NCBI GenBank assembly: GCA_963730185.1
Contig: CAVSQW010000007.1
Location: 640,001-704,000 of the forward strand
Origin: an uncultured Gemmatimonadales bacterium
GTDB taxonomy: Bacteria > Gemmatimonadota > Gemmatimonadetes > Gemmatimonadales > GWC2-71-9
DNA: 64,000 nucleotides
Reading direction: 5' to 3'
Shown here piece by piece: positions 24,446-34,023 of this stretch; the first letter of the stretch is position 1, and the number at the start of each line of letters is the position of its first letter. The notes below the pieces were generated by a model. It saw nothing but the letters and a program-made list of their open reading frames with translations. It ran no database searches and was not told the origin of the DNA. The translations under genes and the position numbers were made by a program.

Positions 24446-24506
24446 AGAGCGGAGGCCGGGCCGGGGGCCATCCGCCGGCCGCGAACTCGAGCGGGAGGGC
24501 GAGACC

Positions 24507-25010
24507 GTGTTCGACTGCAGCGAATCCGATCCCAAGCGGACCGAGGCGTGCCTCGGCCGCCGTGACTTTCTCGCCCGGGCGGCCGCCGTCTGGACCGCGG
24601 GCTGGCTCCTGCCCCTGGGGCTGGGGAGCGGGCGCCTGAGCCTTCGCCGCGGGGAGGCCCTGGCTCAGGGTGACGTGTCGTATCCGATCCCGACCACCGA
24701 CGGGGTCACCATCGACAAGCCCAACCAGGTCATCCTGGTCCGACACGCGGGGCTGGTCTACGCCTTCGCCCTGAGCTGCCCCCACCAGAACACGGCGCTT
24801 CGGTGGCAGGAATCGGAGGGGCGCTTCCAGTGTCCCAAGCACAAGTCGCGCTACGCGCCGGACGGGCGGTTCCTGTCCGGGCGAGCCACCCGCAACATGG
24901 ACCGCCTTCCGATCCGGCGGACCGGGGGCAAGGTGGTGGTGAACGTGGACGCCGTGTTCGAGAGCGACCAGGACCCGAGGGCCTGGGCTGGCGCGGAGGT
25001 TCAGCTCTAG
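24507..25010 (+). CDS. Tat-exported Rieske [2Fe-2S] protein
   Basis: GRRDFL twin-arginine signal; CPHQ ... CPKH Rieske boxes. Confidence 0.85.
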   Translation: MFDCSESDPKRTEACLGRRDFLARAAAVWTAGWLLPLGLGSGRLSLRRGEALAQGDVSYPIPTTDGVTIDKPNQVILVRHAGLVYAFALSCPHQNTALRWQESEGRFQCPKHKSRYAPDGRFLSGRATRNMDRLPIRRTGGKVVVNVDAVFESDQDPRAWAGAEVQL

Positions 25011-25091
25011 GACGCTAACCTCCAGTGGGACCCGGGGCGTTCCAGGTTCGGGGGGCTGGCGCGAGTACTCCGCTAGACGCTAACCTGGGGC

Positions 25092-25361
25092 GTGTCCCAT
25101 ACAGACCTGCCTGCCACCTGGTTTGCGGTGGTGGACGGGGCAGCGCTCGCCCCGGGCGACGTGGTTCGAGTCGTGCCCGGAGGTCCTGCCCCCGTCACCC
25201 TCTACCGCACGAACGGTCCGGTCGTTTCGGGCCTTTCCTACCCCCGTCTGCAAGCCATGCTGGCTCAGGGGGAGCTGCTGCCACTGACCGAGCGAAGCGC
25301 CCTGGAAGCTAGACTCCTGATGGAGGATCTTCCGGAAAACGCGGGAATGCCGGCCGCTTGA
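25092..25361 (+). CDS. Hypothetical protein (89 aa)
   Basis: Plausible globular composition; convergent with the XRE gene, overlapping its 3' end. Confidence 0.5.
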   Translation: MSHTDLPATWFAVVDGAALAPGDVVRVVPGGPAPVTLYRTNGPVVSGLSYPRLQAMLAQGELLPLTERSALEARLLMEDLPENAGMPAA

Positions 25362-25743
25362 TCGCCTCCATCCCGGCTTCGAATACCCGTCGAAGGAGGC
25401 CATAGGCCAGGGCCGGCGGAATTTGCTCCCCTCGCTCGATATAGGGGGCAACCTCGAGGGCCGCCTCGCCATAGGCGTCCCGGAAGCGGCGCTGCGCCGC
25501 GATCATCTCCAAGTCCCCTTCGTTCGCCTCCTTCGGACCGGTGCCCGTCCGGAGCCAGTTCGGCGCCACCCCAAGGAGCCCCGCCAGCCGAGCCAGCCGG
25601 GCCGGGACGGGCACATGTCCACCACGCCATTTGCTCACGGTAACCGGGTGAACCGGGAGTCGAACGGCAAGCTCGGCGATCGAGACGTTCCGGGCCTCCA
25701 TCAGGTCGGTAAGCCTTCGGCCGAAGTCCTGGTCTCGGCTCAC
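25309..25743 (-). CDS. XRE-family helix-turn-helix regulator
   Basis: FGRRLTDLMEARNVSIAELAVRLPVHPVTVSKWRGG..P...LARLAGLLGVAPNWLRTG; AAGAGGG RBS before GTG 25743. Confidence 0.85.
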   Translation of the reverse strand: MSRDQDFGRRLTDLMEARNVSIAELAVRLPVHPVTVSKWRGGHVPVPARLARLAGLLGVAPNWLRTGTGPKEANEGDLEMIAAQRRFRDAYGEAALEVAPYIERGEQIPPALAYGLLRRVFEAGMEAIKRPAFPRFPEDPPSGV

Positions 25744-25974
25744 CCGCACGCCCTCTTGGTTTCCATCTACACGCGTCATGCTATGTCTCGCTAGCTTTGA
25801 GCTTTTATTTTAACAGCACCACATTATCACATTAGTTCTGGAGGACTTCATGCCCGGAGACAGTACGCTCCGTGGCCTGGGAACGTTGCGCTGAGGGATC
25901 GGCCCAGCGGCTTCGAGAGGTGTCCGGGTAACGTCCCCGGGGCTTATGATTGCGGGACCACCGACTGGAGTCCG

Positions 25975-27309
25975 ATGACGGGCCGTCGTCGCCACCTGGC
26001 TGTCCCCCTGGTTCTCGCCGCCCTCGCCGGGTGCGCGGGGCGGACGCCGCCGCCGGTCCCGGTGCCCTCGTCGGACCCGTGTCTGATTCCGGCCGCTGCC
26101 GGCGCCACCCCGCTGGATACGGTCCGGGTCGGGGTCGACGGCCCGGTCCGGATCGACTCCCTGGCGACGCCGGTCACCAGCGCCGAGCGGCTGGTAGCCC
26201 GCCAGCTCTATGCGGGGTTGGTCCGGCTCGACTGCGAGGGCGGGGTCAGGCCGGACCTGGCCGTGCGATGGACTCGCGACCCGCGCGGGCCGTCCTGGTT
26301 GCTCGACCTCCGCCCCGACGCCCGGTTCGACGACGGCATGGTCATCGACGCGACGGCCGTGCGCGACGCCTGGCTCGCCCGGGAGCCGGTCCGCGGCTGG
26401 CTGGCCGCGGGGCGTCTGGCCGTCGAGGTCGTCGGCCCCCGGTCTCTCCGGGTCACCCTGCCGCCCGGAGAGGGCGACTCGACCCCGGCCCCGCTCGCCG
26501 ACCGCCGGCTCGCGATTCGGGGGGCGCCCGGCGCGGACGGCGTGGCGGCGGCCTCGGGTGCCTACCGGCGACCGGCGGCGGCCGCCGCTTCAGGGGTGGT
26601 GTTGGTCCCGCGGGGATGGGGACCGATCCTCCGGATCGTCGAGCTCCCGCCGGGCCTCGACGGGCGGGACGTCCTGGACCGGGAGGCGCCCCGGGTCGAC
26701 CTGCTGGTGACCCGTGACCCCGAGACCGCGGATTACGCCCGGGACCGCGGCGACCTGTCGGTGGTCCCGCTGGCCTGGGACCGGACCTATGCGCTCGTCG
26801 AGCCGGCCGGCGGCGACGCCGTCCCGACGCCGGCCGAGCGGACGGCACTGGCCCGTGATGCGGTCCGGGCGGTCGCCCGAGCCGCGGTGCCGCCCTATTG
26901 GTGGGAGCGCGACCCGGCCTGCCGGCGGGATTCGGTGTCGATCCCGGTCGGGGGACTCCCCGAGGGCATCCTCTATCGGACCCGCGATCCGGTGGCGCGA
27001 GCGCTGGCCGAGCGGGTCGTTGCCTTGGCGGGCCAGACGACCGCGCCGGCCTGGCTGAGCTGGCCCGCCGCGCCGCTCCGGGTCGCCGGCGGCGACGAGC
27101 GAGCGCTCGCCGGCGCCCGTTCCCGGCTGGGGGCGGTCGCGATCGTCGACCTGCCCCGGGTCCCGGCGCCGGCCTGTCTCGGCGCCGGGCTCGCGCCCGG
27201 TCTCCGACTCGTCCCCTTGATCGAGACCCGCGCCCACGTCGTGACCCGTCGCGGGGTGCCGTCGCTCGACCTCGACGGCGCCGGGCTCTTCCTCGTCCAA
27301 CCCCGCTGA
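25975..27309 (+). CDS. Lipoprotein resembling family-5 ABC substrate-binding protein
   Basis: LAALAG|C lipobox; LYAGLVRLDCEGGVRPDLA..W...LRPDARFDDG..IDATAV signature. Confidence 0.75.
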   Translation: MTGRRRHLAVPLVLAALAGCAGRTPPPVPVPSSDPCLIPAAAGATPLDTVRVGVDGPVRIDSLATPVTSAERLVARQLYAGLVRLDCEGGVRPDLAVRWTRDPRGPSWLLDLRPDARFDDGMVIDATAVRDAWLAREPVRGWLAAGRLAVEVVGPRSLRVTLPPGEGDSTPAPLADRRLAIRGAPGADGVAAASGAYRRPAAAAASGVVLVPRGWGPILRIVELPPGLDGRDVLDREAPRVDLLVTRDPETADYARDRGDLSVVPLAWDRTYALVEPAGGDAVPTPAERTALARDAVRAVARAAVPPYWWERDPACRRDSVSIPVGGLPEGILYRTRDPVARALAERVVALAGQTTAPAWLSWPAAPLRVAGGDERALAGARSRLGAVAIVDLPRVPAPACLGAGLAPGLRLVPLIETRAHVVTRRGVPSLDLDGAGLFLVQPR

Positions 27310-27418
27310 TTTCCGGCATCCGGATTCTCGGCGTGCGCCGGCCGGTTCTCGCGCCGGGCCGGCCGACCTATCATTGGCGGTATCGGATCGTGTTTCGCGG
27401 TCCCGTCGCCGACCGCCG

Positions 27419-29086
27419 ATGACCTTTCGGGTTCGCCTCTCCCTCGCTTTCGCCGCCGCCGCGCTCCTGCCGCTCGTCGGGTTCGGCCTCGGCGTCCGGC
27501 ACGAGATGACGACCCGCCTCGACCAGCAGGCCGCCGAGCGGGTCGCCTCGCTGGTCGCCGTGCTCCGGGCCGACCTCCGGGGCGAGATCCGCCTCACCCG
27601 GGAGCGGCTCCGGGCGTTGGACCAGTCCCTCCAGGACGACAATCGGTTTCGGCTCGCCGTGGCGGGGGGCGATCGGCGCTGGCTCCTCGACTGGGCCGGC
27701 CAGGCCATGCGGGCCAGCGGGCTCGACCTCCTGGTGCTCCAGGACTCGGCCGGCCGGATCTTGAGCTCGGGCCACTTCCGGAACGACTACGACCGGCTCG
27801 ATCCGGACCTCCCCAAGATCCTGACCTGGGCCGCCGACGGCGCGGCCCTGCTGCGGGTCCGCGCCCCGGAGGGAACGATCCGGGCCATGGCCGGGATCGA
27901 TTCGTTCCGGGTTGGTGGCCGTCCGTACACCCTGATCGGGGGACGGGAGGTGGATTCGGCCCGGATCAGCAACCTGGCCCGCGACGGTGAGATCGCGGTC
28001 ACCCTGGTGCTCGGCGATTCCGTCTGCACCCCGGGTGCGCCCTGCGGCCCCGGCGAGCCGGTCACGGAAGTCGCCCTGGCGTATCGCGATGAGGTGACGC
28101 CGGACCAGGGCCAGACGGCCCGGCTGGTGGTGACGCGGGATCCTGGCCCGGCGGCCGCGCTCCGCCGGAACGTCGACCGGTGGTGGGCCCTGGCGATGGG
28201 GGCCACCCTGCTCATCGCGCTCGGTCTGGGCGGGTGGCTCGCGGCCCGGCTCTCGCGACCGATCGCCGCGTTGGCGGAACGGACCGCGCGGCTCGACCTG
28301 GACCGGCTCGATCAGGACTTCGCGACCGATCGGCCGGACGAGATCGGCGCACTGAGTCGCCTGCTCGATGCCATGACTGGACGGCTCCGGGCCAGCGCGA
28401 GCCGGCTCCGTGAGGTGGAGCGACGGGCCGCGACGGGCGACCTGGCCCGGCAGGTCAATCACGACATCAAGAACGGGTTGGCACCGATCCGACACGTGGT
28501 GCGTCACCTGAGCGAGGTGGCGGAGCGGGACCCCGGCCAGCTGCCCGCGATCTTCGCGGAGCGGAAGGGTACCCTGGAGTCGAGCGTGGACTATCTCGAC
28601 ACCCTGGCCCGGAACTACGCCCGGCTGTCGCCGGCGCTCGACCGGAGCGCCAGTCATCCCAACGCGATCCTGGCCGAGGTCGCTCGCGCGGTCAGCGGGC
28701 CAGGCATTACCGTCGAGACCCGGCTGGCCGAGGCGCCACCGGCGGTCCGGGCCGATCCCGTGGTGATGCGGCGGGTGCTCGAGAATCTGGTGAGCAACGC
28801 GGTCGAGGCGCTCGACGGCCAGCCGGGCCGGATCGCGCTCGCCACCAGCGTGGTCGGCGAGGCCGGCGAGCGGCGCGTTCGGATCACCGTGTCCGACACG
28901 GGCCGGGGGATGAGCCGCGACGAGCTCGATCGCGCGTTCGAGGACTTCTCCACCACCAAGCCCGCCGGCACCGGCCTCGGCCTCACCGTGGTTCGACGAC
29001 TGCTGGTGGACCTCGGCGGCTCGGTCCGGGTCGATACCGCACCGGGGCAGGGGAGCACCTTTACCGTGGAGATTCCCGTCGCATGA
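27419..29086 (+). CDS. HAMP-domain sensor histidine kinase (NtrY-like)
   Basis: Two TM segments; HAMP (RPIAAL...DEIGAL); H-box VNHDIKNGL; N-box NLVSNA; DTGRG; GTGLGL. Confidence 0.92.
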   Translation: MTFRVRLSLAFAAAALLPLVGFGLGVRHEMTTRLDQQAAERVASLVAVLRADLRGEIRLTRERLRALDQSLQDDNRFRLAVAGGDRRWLLDWAGQAMRASGLDLLVLQDSAGRILSSGHFRNDYDRLDPDLPKILTWAADGAALLRVRAPEGTIRAMAGIDSFRVGGRPYTLIGGREVDSARISNLARDGEIAVTLVLGDSVCTPGAPCGPGEPVTEVALAYRDEVTPDQGQTARLVVTRDPGPAAALRRNVDRWWALAMGATLLIALGLGGWLAARLSRPIAALAERTARLDLDRLDQDFATDRPDEIGALSRLLDAMTGRLRASASRLREVERRAATGDLARQVNHDIKNGLAPIRHVVRHLSEVAERDPGQLPAIFAERKGTLESSVDYLDTLARNYARLSPALDRSASHPNAILAEVARAVSGPGITVETRLAEAPPAVRADPVVMRRVLENLVSNAVEALDGQPGRIALATSVVGEAGERRVRITVSDTGRGMSRDELDRAFEDFSTTKPAGTGLGLTVVRRLLVDLGGSVRVDTAPGQGSTFTVEIPVA

Positions 29087-30429
29087 GCCGGATCCTGGTC
29101 GTCGACGACGTGTCCCCGCTGGCCGAGCAGTATGCATACGATCTGACCCGGCTGGGCGGACACGAGGTGGCGGTGGCCACCAACGGGCCCGCCGCGCTGG
29201 CCGCGATCGCGGAGGGCGACCTCGATTGCGTCGTGCTGGATCTCGAGATGCCGGGCATGGACGGCTTCGAGGTGCTCCGCACCCTCCGCCATCGGGGGGT
29301 GGAGGTTCCGGTCATCGTCTACACCGGGACCGGCGACTTCGACCGCTGCGTGCAGGCCGTGAAGCTCGGCGCGGCCGGCTTCATCGACAAGGCCGAGCCG
29401 ATGGTGCGGGTGGCGCAGGAGATCGCGGCGGCGGTGGAGCGCCAGCGGCTCCGCCTCGAGGTGCGAGCCCTCCAGACCCGGCTCGGCGACACCAGCCTGA
29501 TCGGCGCCAGCCCGCCCATGGCGGCGCTTCGTGAAGCCATCGCCCGGCTGGCGCCGATTCCGAGCACGGTCCTGATTCTCGGCGAGAGCGGGACCGGCAA
29601 GGAGCTGGTGGCTCGAGAGCTCCATCGCCGGGGACCCCGGGCCGCGGGACCGTTCGTGCCGATCAACGGCGGGGCCCTGCCCGAGCACCTGGTGGAAAGC
29701 GAGCTCTTCGGGCACGAGCGGGGCGCCTTCACGGGAGCGGTCGCCGCGAGGAAGGGCGCGTTCGAGGCGGCCCACGGCGGCACCCTCTTCCTCGACGAGG
29801 TCGGCGAGCTTCCCCTGGCCGCGCAGGCATCGCTCCTCCGGGTCCTGGAGGACCGGGTCGTGACCCGCGTCGGCAGCACCCGGGGCACGCCGGTCGATGC
29901 TCGGGTGGTCGCCGCCACCAACCGCGATCTCGACCACGCGGTCCATGCGGGCGGCTTTCGTGAAGACCTGCTCTATCGCTTGAACCCGCACGTGATTCGA
30001 GTTCCGCCGCTGCGAGAGCGGCGCGAGGATGTCATCGAATTAGCGCAACGCTTCGTCGTCGCTATCTGCCAGCGATTCGGAATGCTCCCGAAGGTCCTGT
30101 CGGGCGAGGCCAAGGACCTGTTGGTCCGCTACGACTGGCGCGGGAACAACGTCCGGGAGCTGCGGAACGTGATCGAGCGGATGGTGGTGTCGGCGGACGG
30201 GGAAATGCTTCGGGTGGAACACGTCCCGTCGGAGCTGCGCGGCGGCGACTCGGTGCGGGAGCCGGCGCCGACGTTTCAGTCGTTGAAGCACGAGGCCGAG
30301 CGGGCGATCGTCCTGGGCGCGTTGGAGCAACATGAATGGCAGATAACACGGACGGCGGAGTGGCTCGGTCTGTCGGACCATGCCAGCTTGCTCAAGATGA
30401 TGCGGCGCTTGGGGATACGCCGGGAGTGA
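29083..30429 (+). CDS. Sigma54-dependent NtrC-family response regulator
   Basis: Receiver VVDD...LDLEMP; GESGTGKE; ESELFGHERGAFTGA; LFLDEV; C-terminal HTH. Confidence 0.95.
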   Translation: MSRILVVDDVSPLAEQYAYDLTRLGGHEVAVATNGPAALAAIAEGDLDCVVLDLEMPGMDGFEVLRTLRHRGVEVPVIVYTGTGDFDRCVQAVKLGAAGFIDKAEPMVRVAQEIAAAVERQRLRLEVRALQTRLGDTSLIGASPPMAALREAIARLAPIPSTVLILGESGTGKELVARELHRRGPRAAGPFVPINGGALPEHLVESELFGHERGAFTGAVAARKGAFEAAHGGTLFLDEVGELPLAAQASLLRVLEDRVVTRVGSTRGTPVDARVVAATNRDLDHAVHAGGFREDLLYRLNPHVIRVPPLRERREDVIELAQRFVVAICQRFGMLPKVLSGEAKDLLVRYDWRGNNVRELRNVIERMVVSADGEMLRVEHVPSELRGGDSVREPAPTFQSLKHEAERAIVLGALEQHEWQITRTAEWLGLSDHASLLKMMRRLGIRRE

Positions 30430-30887
30430 CCGGTGATGGGAAGCCGAAGTGAGCGGGCGTGGATAATTCATCCACTTGCGCTCGGATTTCGTGGTTACTA
30501 CTCTGTAGCACCTCTTTATTAACTGACTTGAATGACGAACCGGCACTGCTCGCGCACCGCGAGCTTGGCAGCGGACATATCGGCCGTGCGGCAGCTCGGT
30601 CCGAGAGGCGCTGGGGTCCGAAGGATCGTATCCAAAGCACAGTTGACAGGGCGGTAGGACGAGGAGACCGGCGGGCTGGCCGGTTGTTTTTCGCAGCGAG
30701 CGCGCGGCACGTTGGAACCTTGGGGGGCGTGCCTGCCGTAGTGTGGATCTCCATTCGGATCACAGGGTCAACGCCGGCGCGGGACAGTGCGACCGGCGTC
30801 CCATTCAAGGCGCCCCGGCGACGGTCGGTGCCCGTTTTTTCTCAATTCGTCGGTGGGTGCAGTTTGGCTAAATCACTGGGGGTTGTC

Positions 30888-33800
30888 ATGCATTTGCCCT
30901 ACCTGACCAGACGGATTCGCTCGGTGGGAGCGATCGCGCTGGGCTTGTCCCTGCTCTTGCTCGGCGGCGGCAGACCGCTGGCCGCGCAAGGCAACGTCTC
31001 GATCCGCGGCACGGTGACGGAAGGCGCGACGCAGCGGCCGGTCGCCGGTGCCGCGGTGCTCCTGGTGGAGCGGAGCCTCCGGGCGCAAGCGGACGCCAAC
31101 GGCGTCTTCCAGTTTCGGGACGTGCCGGCCGGCCAGTACACGCTGACGGTGCGCGCGATCGGCTTTTCGCCGTCGACCCAGACGGTCACGGTGGGTGGCG
31201 GGGCGCCGGCCACGGCGGACTTTGCCCTGGTGCGCGCGGTCATCAAGCTCGACGAAGTCGTGGTGACCGGAACCGCCGGCCAGACCTCCAAGCGCGAGAT
31301 CGGCAATTCGGTGAGCAGTGTCGAGGTCGGTGAGCTGACCGAAGTCGCCCCGATCAACAACGTCCAGGAGCTGCTGAACGCCCGGGCGCCCGGTCTGACG
31401 CTGACGTCGAACTCGGGTCTCCTCGGGGCGGCCTCCTCGGTGCAGATCCGAGGCGCCGGTTCGCTCAACGCCGGGTACACGCCGGTGTACTACATCGACG
31501 GGATCCGGTTCGAGGCCAACCAGGTGGCCACCGGCGGGGTGACCAACGGCACGGTCCAGTATTCGAGCCCGATGGACTTCATCAATCCCTCGGACATCGA
31601 GCGGATCGAGGTGATCAAGGGCCCGGCCGCCGCGACGCTCTACGGGGCCGACGCGGCGGGCGGCGTGATCCAGATCATCACCAAGAAGGGCATCCGCGGT
31701 GGTGAGCGGGTCCAGTGGCAGGCGAGCGCGGGCTACTCGTCGTCCAAGTGGATCGCCGACATTCCGCTCAACTACTACCAGTGCAACGCGGCCAAGATCC
31801 GGAACGCCACGAGCTATCCGGGCTGCCACGACCCGAGCTCGGTCACCTATGCGACGCAGAACGGCATGGTGACCGGGATTCCCGAGTCGGACATCACCCG
31901 CTACGGCGACTCGCTGTTCGTGATCGTGGACAACCCGTTGGCTCGTGACCCGTCCGCGCTTCGGACCGGCGCCGGCGGCGACTTCAAGCTCTCGGCCCGG
32001 GGCGGCAGCCAGACCTTCGGCTACTTCATCTCGGCCAACAAGCTCAACGAAGACGGGATCTACTACAACAACTTCCAGGATCGGATCGGCGGTCGGGCCA
32101 ACTTCGACTTCACGCCGTCGCAGATCATCAACTTCAGCGTGAACTTCGGGTACACCCGGTCGCACTACCAGATGCCGCTCTCGGACAACGCCTCCAACGG
32201 CATCCTCCGGAACGCGTACCGGGGCAAGGCTCGGGCGACCCTGGATCCCTGGTCGACGGGGTGGTTCAGCTTCGGCCCGGAGCAATCCAACGAATTCGAC
32301 CTCCAGACCTACGAAGAACGGACCACGCTCGGACTGACGACCAACTTCAATCCGTTCAGCTGGTTGGAGAGCCGATTGGTGCTCGGCATGGACAAGTACG
32401 ACCGTCGGGACCAGACCTTCTACCGGATCGACCCGACCCGGAAGTGGGGGGCGACCGCCGGAACCGGGCTGATCGACCAGCGGTTGCCGGTGACCCATAC
32501 CTGGACCTTCGATTACTCGGCGACCGCCCGGGCGAAGGTCTCTTCGAACCTCACGTCGAAGACCTCGGCGGGGCTCCAGATCAATGCTCGCCAGTACCAC
32601 CGCTACACGGCGACTGGTACCGGGCTGGTGGCCAACAACCTGAATCTGGTGGGCGCGGCCGCCACCACCTCGGCGGACGAGGGCTTCGTCGAGCAGACCT
32701 CGCTCGGCGTCTTCGTGCAGAATCAGTTCGGCTGGAAAGACCGGCTCTTCGCGACTGCGGCGGTCCGGATCGACGACAACTCGGCCTTCGGCTCCAACTT
32801 CTCGCTGGTGGTCTATCCGAAGGCCTCTCTGTCGTGGGTCATCTCGGAGGAGCCGTTCTTCCACCTGCCGTTCGTGGACGAGCTCAAGCTCCGGGCTGCC
32901 TACGGACAGGCCGGCAACGCGCCGGCGCCGTTCTCGGCCGACCGGACCTTCTCGCCGGTGGCCACCCTGGTCGATCAGACGGCCACCAACGCGCTGACCC
33001 CGGCCGCCTACGGCAACACCAACCTCAAGGCCGAGACCGGCCAGGAAATCGAGCTGGGCTTCGACGCCTCGCTCTTCAAGAACGCGGTGGGGCTGGAGGT
33101 GACCTACTACAACCAGCACACCAAGGACGCGTTGATGTCGATTCCGGACGCGCCCTCGACCGGCTTCACCGCGACCCACTTGGTGAACGTGGGTGAGATC
33201 GCCAACAAGGGACTCGAGGTCCTGGCCCAGATGAGCCCGATCCGGGCCCGCAAGCTCACCTGGGACATGACGGTATCGGCGGCGTTCAATCACAACCAGC
33301 TGGTATCGTTCGGTGGGACCCGGAACGAGATCGCGTTCGGGGCCTTCACCAACTCGCAGCGGATGCGTGAAGGCTATCCGCTGGGCGGGTTCTGGGCGGT
33401 GGACGTGCTCCGGAACACGGACGGCTCGATCGCGCTCGATGCCAACGGCAACGTGACGGTCGATGCGACCTGCACCTGGCCGGACACGCAGGACCCGAAC
33501 GGGCCGGGCGGGAGCTGCCACGAGATCTACATGGGGCCGTCGACGCCCACCCGGGAAATCGGGTTCGGCAACGCCTTCACGATTCTGGGCAATCTCCGGC
33601 TCTACGCCCAGCTGGACTACAAGGGCGGTCAGCACATCGTCTGCGCCATCTGCTCGATCCGGCAGCGGATCAACACCAATACCTGGGCCGTGGCCAATCC
33701 GGACACGCCGCCCGAGGTGTACAAGCAGCTGACCAGCTTGCAGACGCTGACCTACATCATGCCGGGCGACTTCCTCAAGCTCCGCGAGGTGTCGCTCAGC

Positions 33801-34013
33801 TACAACGTCCCCTCCAGCCTCGGTCGGTTCTTCAAGGACTACCGCTGGAACGTGACGGTGTCGGCCCGGAATCTCTGGACGACCACCAAGTACAAGGGCA
33901 CCGGCGATCCGGAAGTGTCGTTCTACTCCGACGCCAACAATTTCGACCGGACCGACTACGCGGCCGTTCCGGCTCCGCGCCGGCTCCAGGTCACCGTCAA
34001 CGTCGCGTTCTGA
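30888..34013 (+). CDS. SusC/RagA-type TonB-dependent outer membrane receptor
   Basis: Signal peptide; carboxypeptidase-regulatory-like domain; LDEVVVTG; INPSDIERIEVIKGPAAATLYGADAAGGVIQIITKKG; C-terminal Phe. Confidence 0.95.
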   Translation: MHLPYLTRRIRSVGAIALGLSLLLLGGGRPLAAQGNVSIRGTVTEGATQRPVAGAAVLLVERSLRAQADANGVFQFRDVPAGQYTLTVRAIGFSPSTQTVTVGGGAPATADFALVRAVIKLDEVVVTGTAGQTSKREIGNSVSSVEVGELTEVAPINNVQELLNARAPGLTLTSNSGLLGAASSVQIRGAGSLNAGYTPVYYIDGIRFEANQVATGGVTNGTVQYSSPMDFINPSDIERIEVIKGPAAATLYGADAAGGVIQIITKKGIRGGERVQWQASAGYSSSKWIADIPLNYYQCNAAKIRNATSYPGCHDPSSVTYATQNGMVTGIPESDITRYGDSLFVIVDNPLARDPSALRTGAGGDFKLSARGGSQTFGYFISANKLNEDGIYYNNFQDRIGGRANFDFTPSQIINFSVNFGYTRSHYQMPLSDNASNGILRNAYRGKARATLDPWSTGWFSFGPEQSNEFDLQTYEERTTLGLTTNFNPFSWLESRLVLGMDKYDRRDQTFYRIDPTRKWGATAGTGLIDQRLPVTHTWTFDYSATARAKVSSNLTSKTSAGLQINARQYHRYTATGTGLVANNLNLVGAAATTSADEGFVEQTSLGVFVQNQFGWKDRLFATAAVRIDDNSAFGSNFSLVVYPKASLSWVISEEPFFHLPFVDELKLRAAYGQAGNAPAPFSADRTFSPVATLVDQTATNALTPAAYGNTNLKAETGQEIELGFDASLFKNAVGLEVTYYNQHTKDALMSIPDAPSTGFTATHLVNVGEIANKGLEVLAQMSPIRARKLTWDMTVSAAFNHNQLVSFGGTRNEIAFGAFTNSQRMREGYPLGGFWAVDVLRNTDGSIALDANGNVTVDATCTWPDTQDPNGPGGSCHEIYMGPSTPTREIGFGNAFTILGNLRLYAQLDYKGGQHIVCAICSIRQRINTNTWAVANPDTPPEVYKQLTSLQTLTYIMPGDFLKLREVSLSYNVPSSLGRFFKDYRWNVTVSARNLWTTTKYKGTGDPEVSFYSDANNFDRTDYAAVPAPRRLQVTVNVAF

Positions 34014-34023
34014 GGAGAGAACC

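Noticed and set aside
25092..25894. Prophage
   Set aside because: Only an XRE regulator and one small ORF; no integrase or structural genes.
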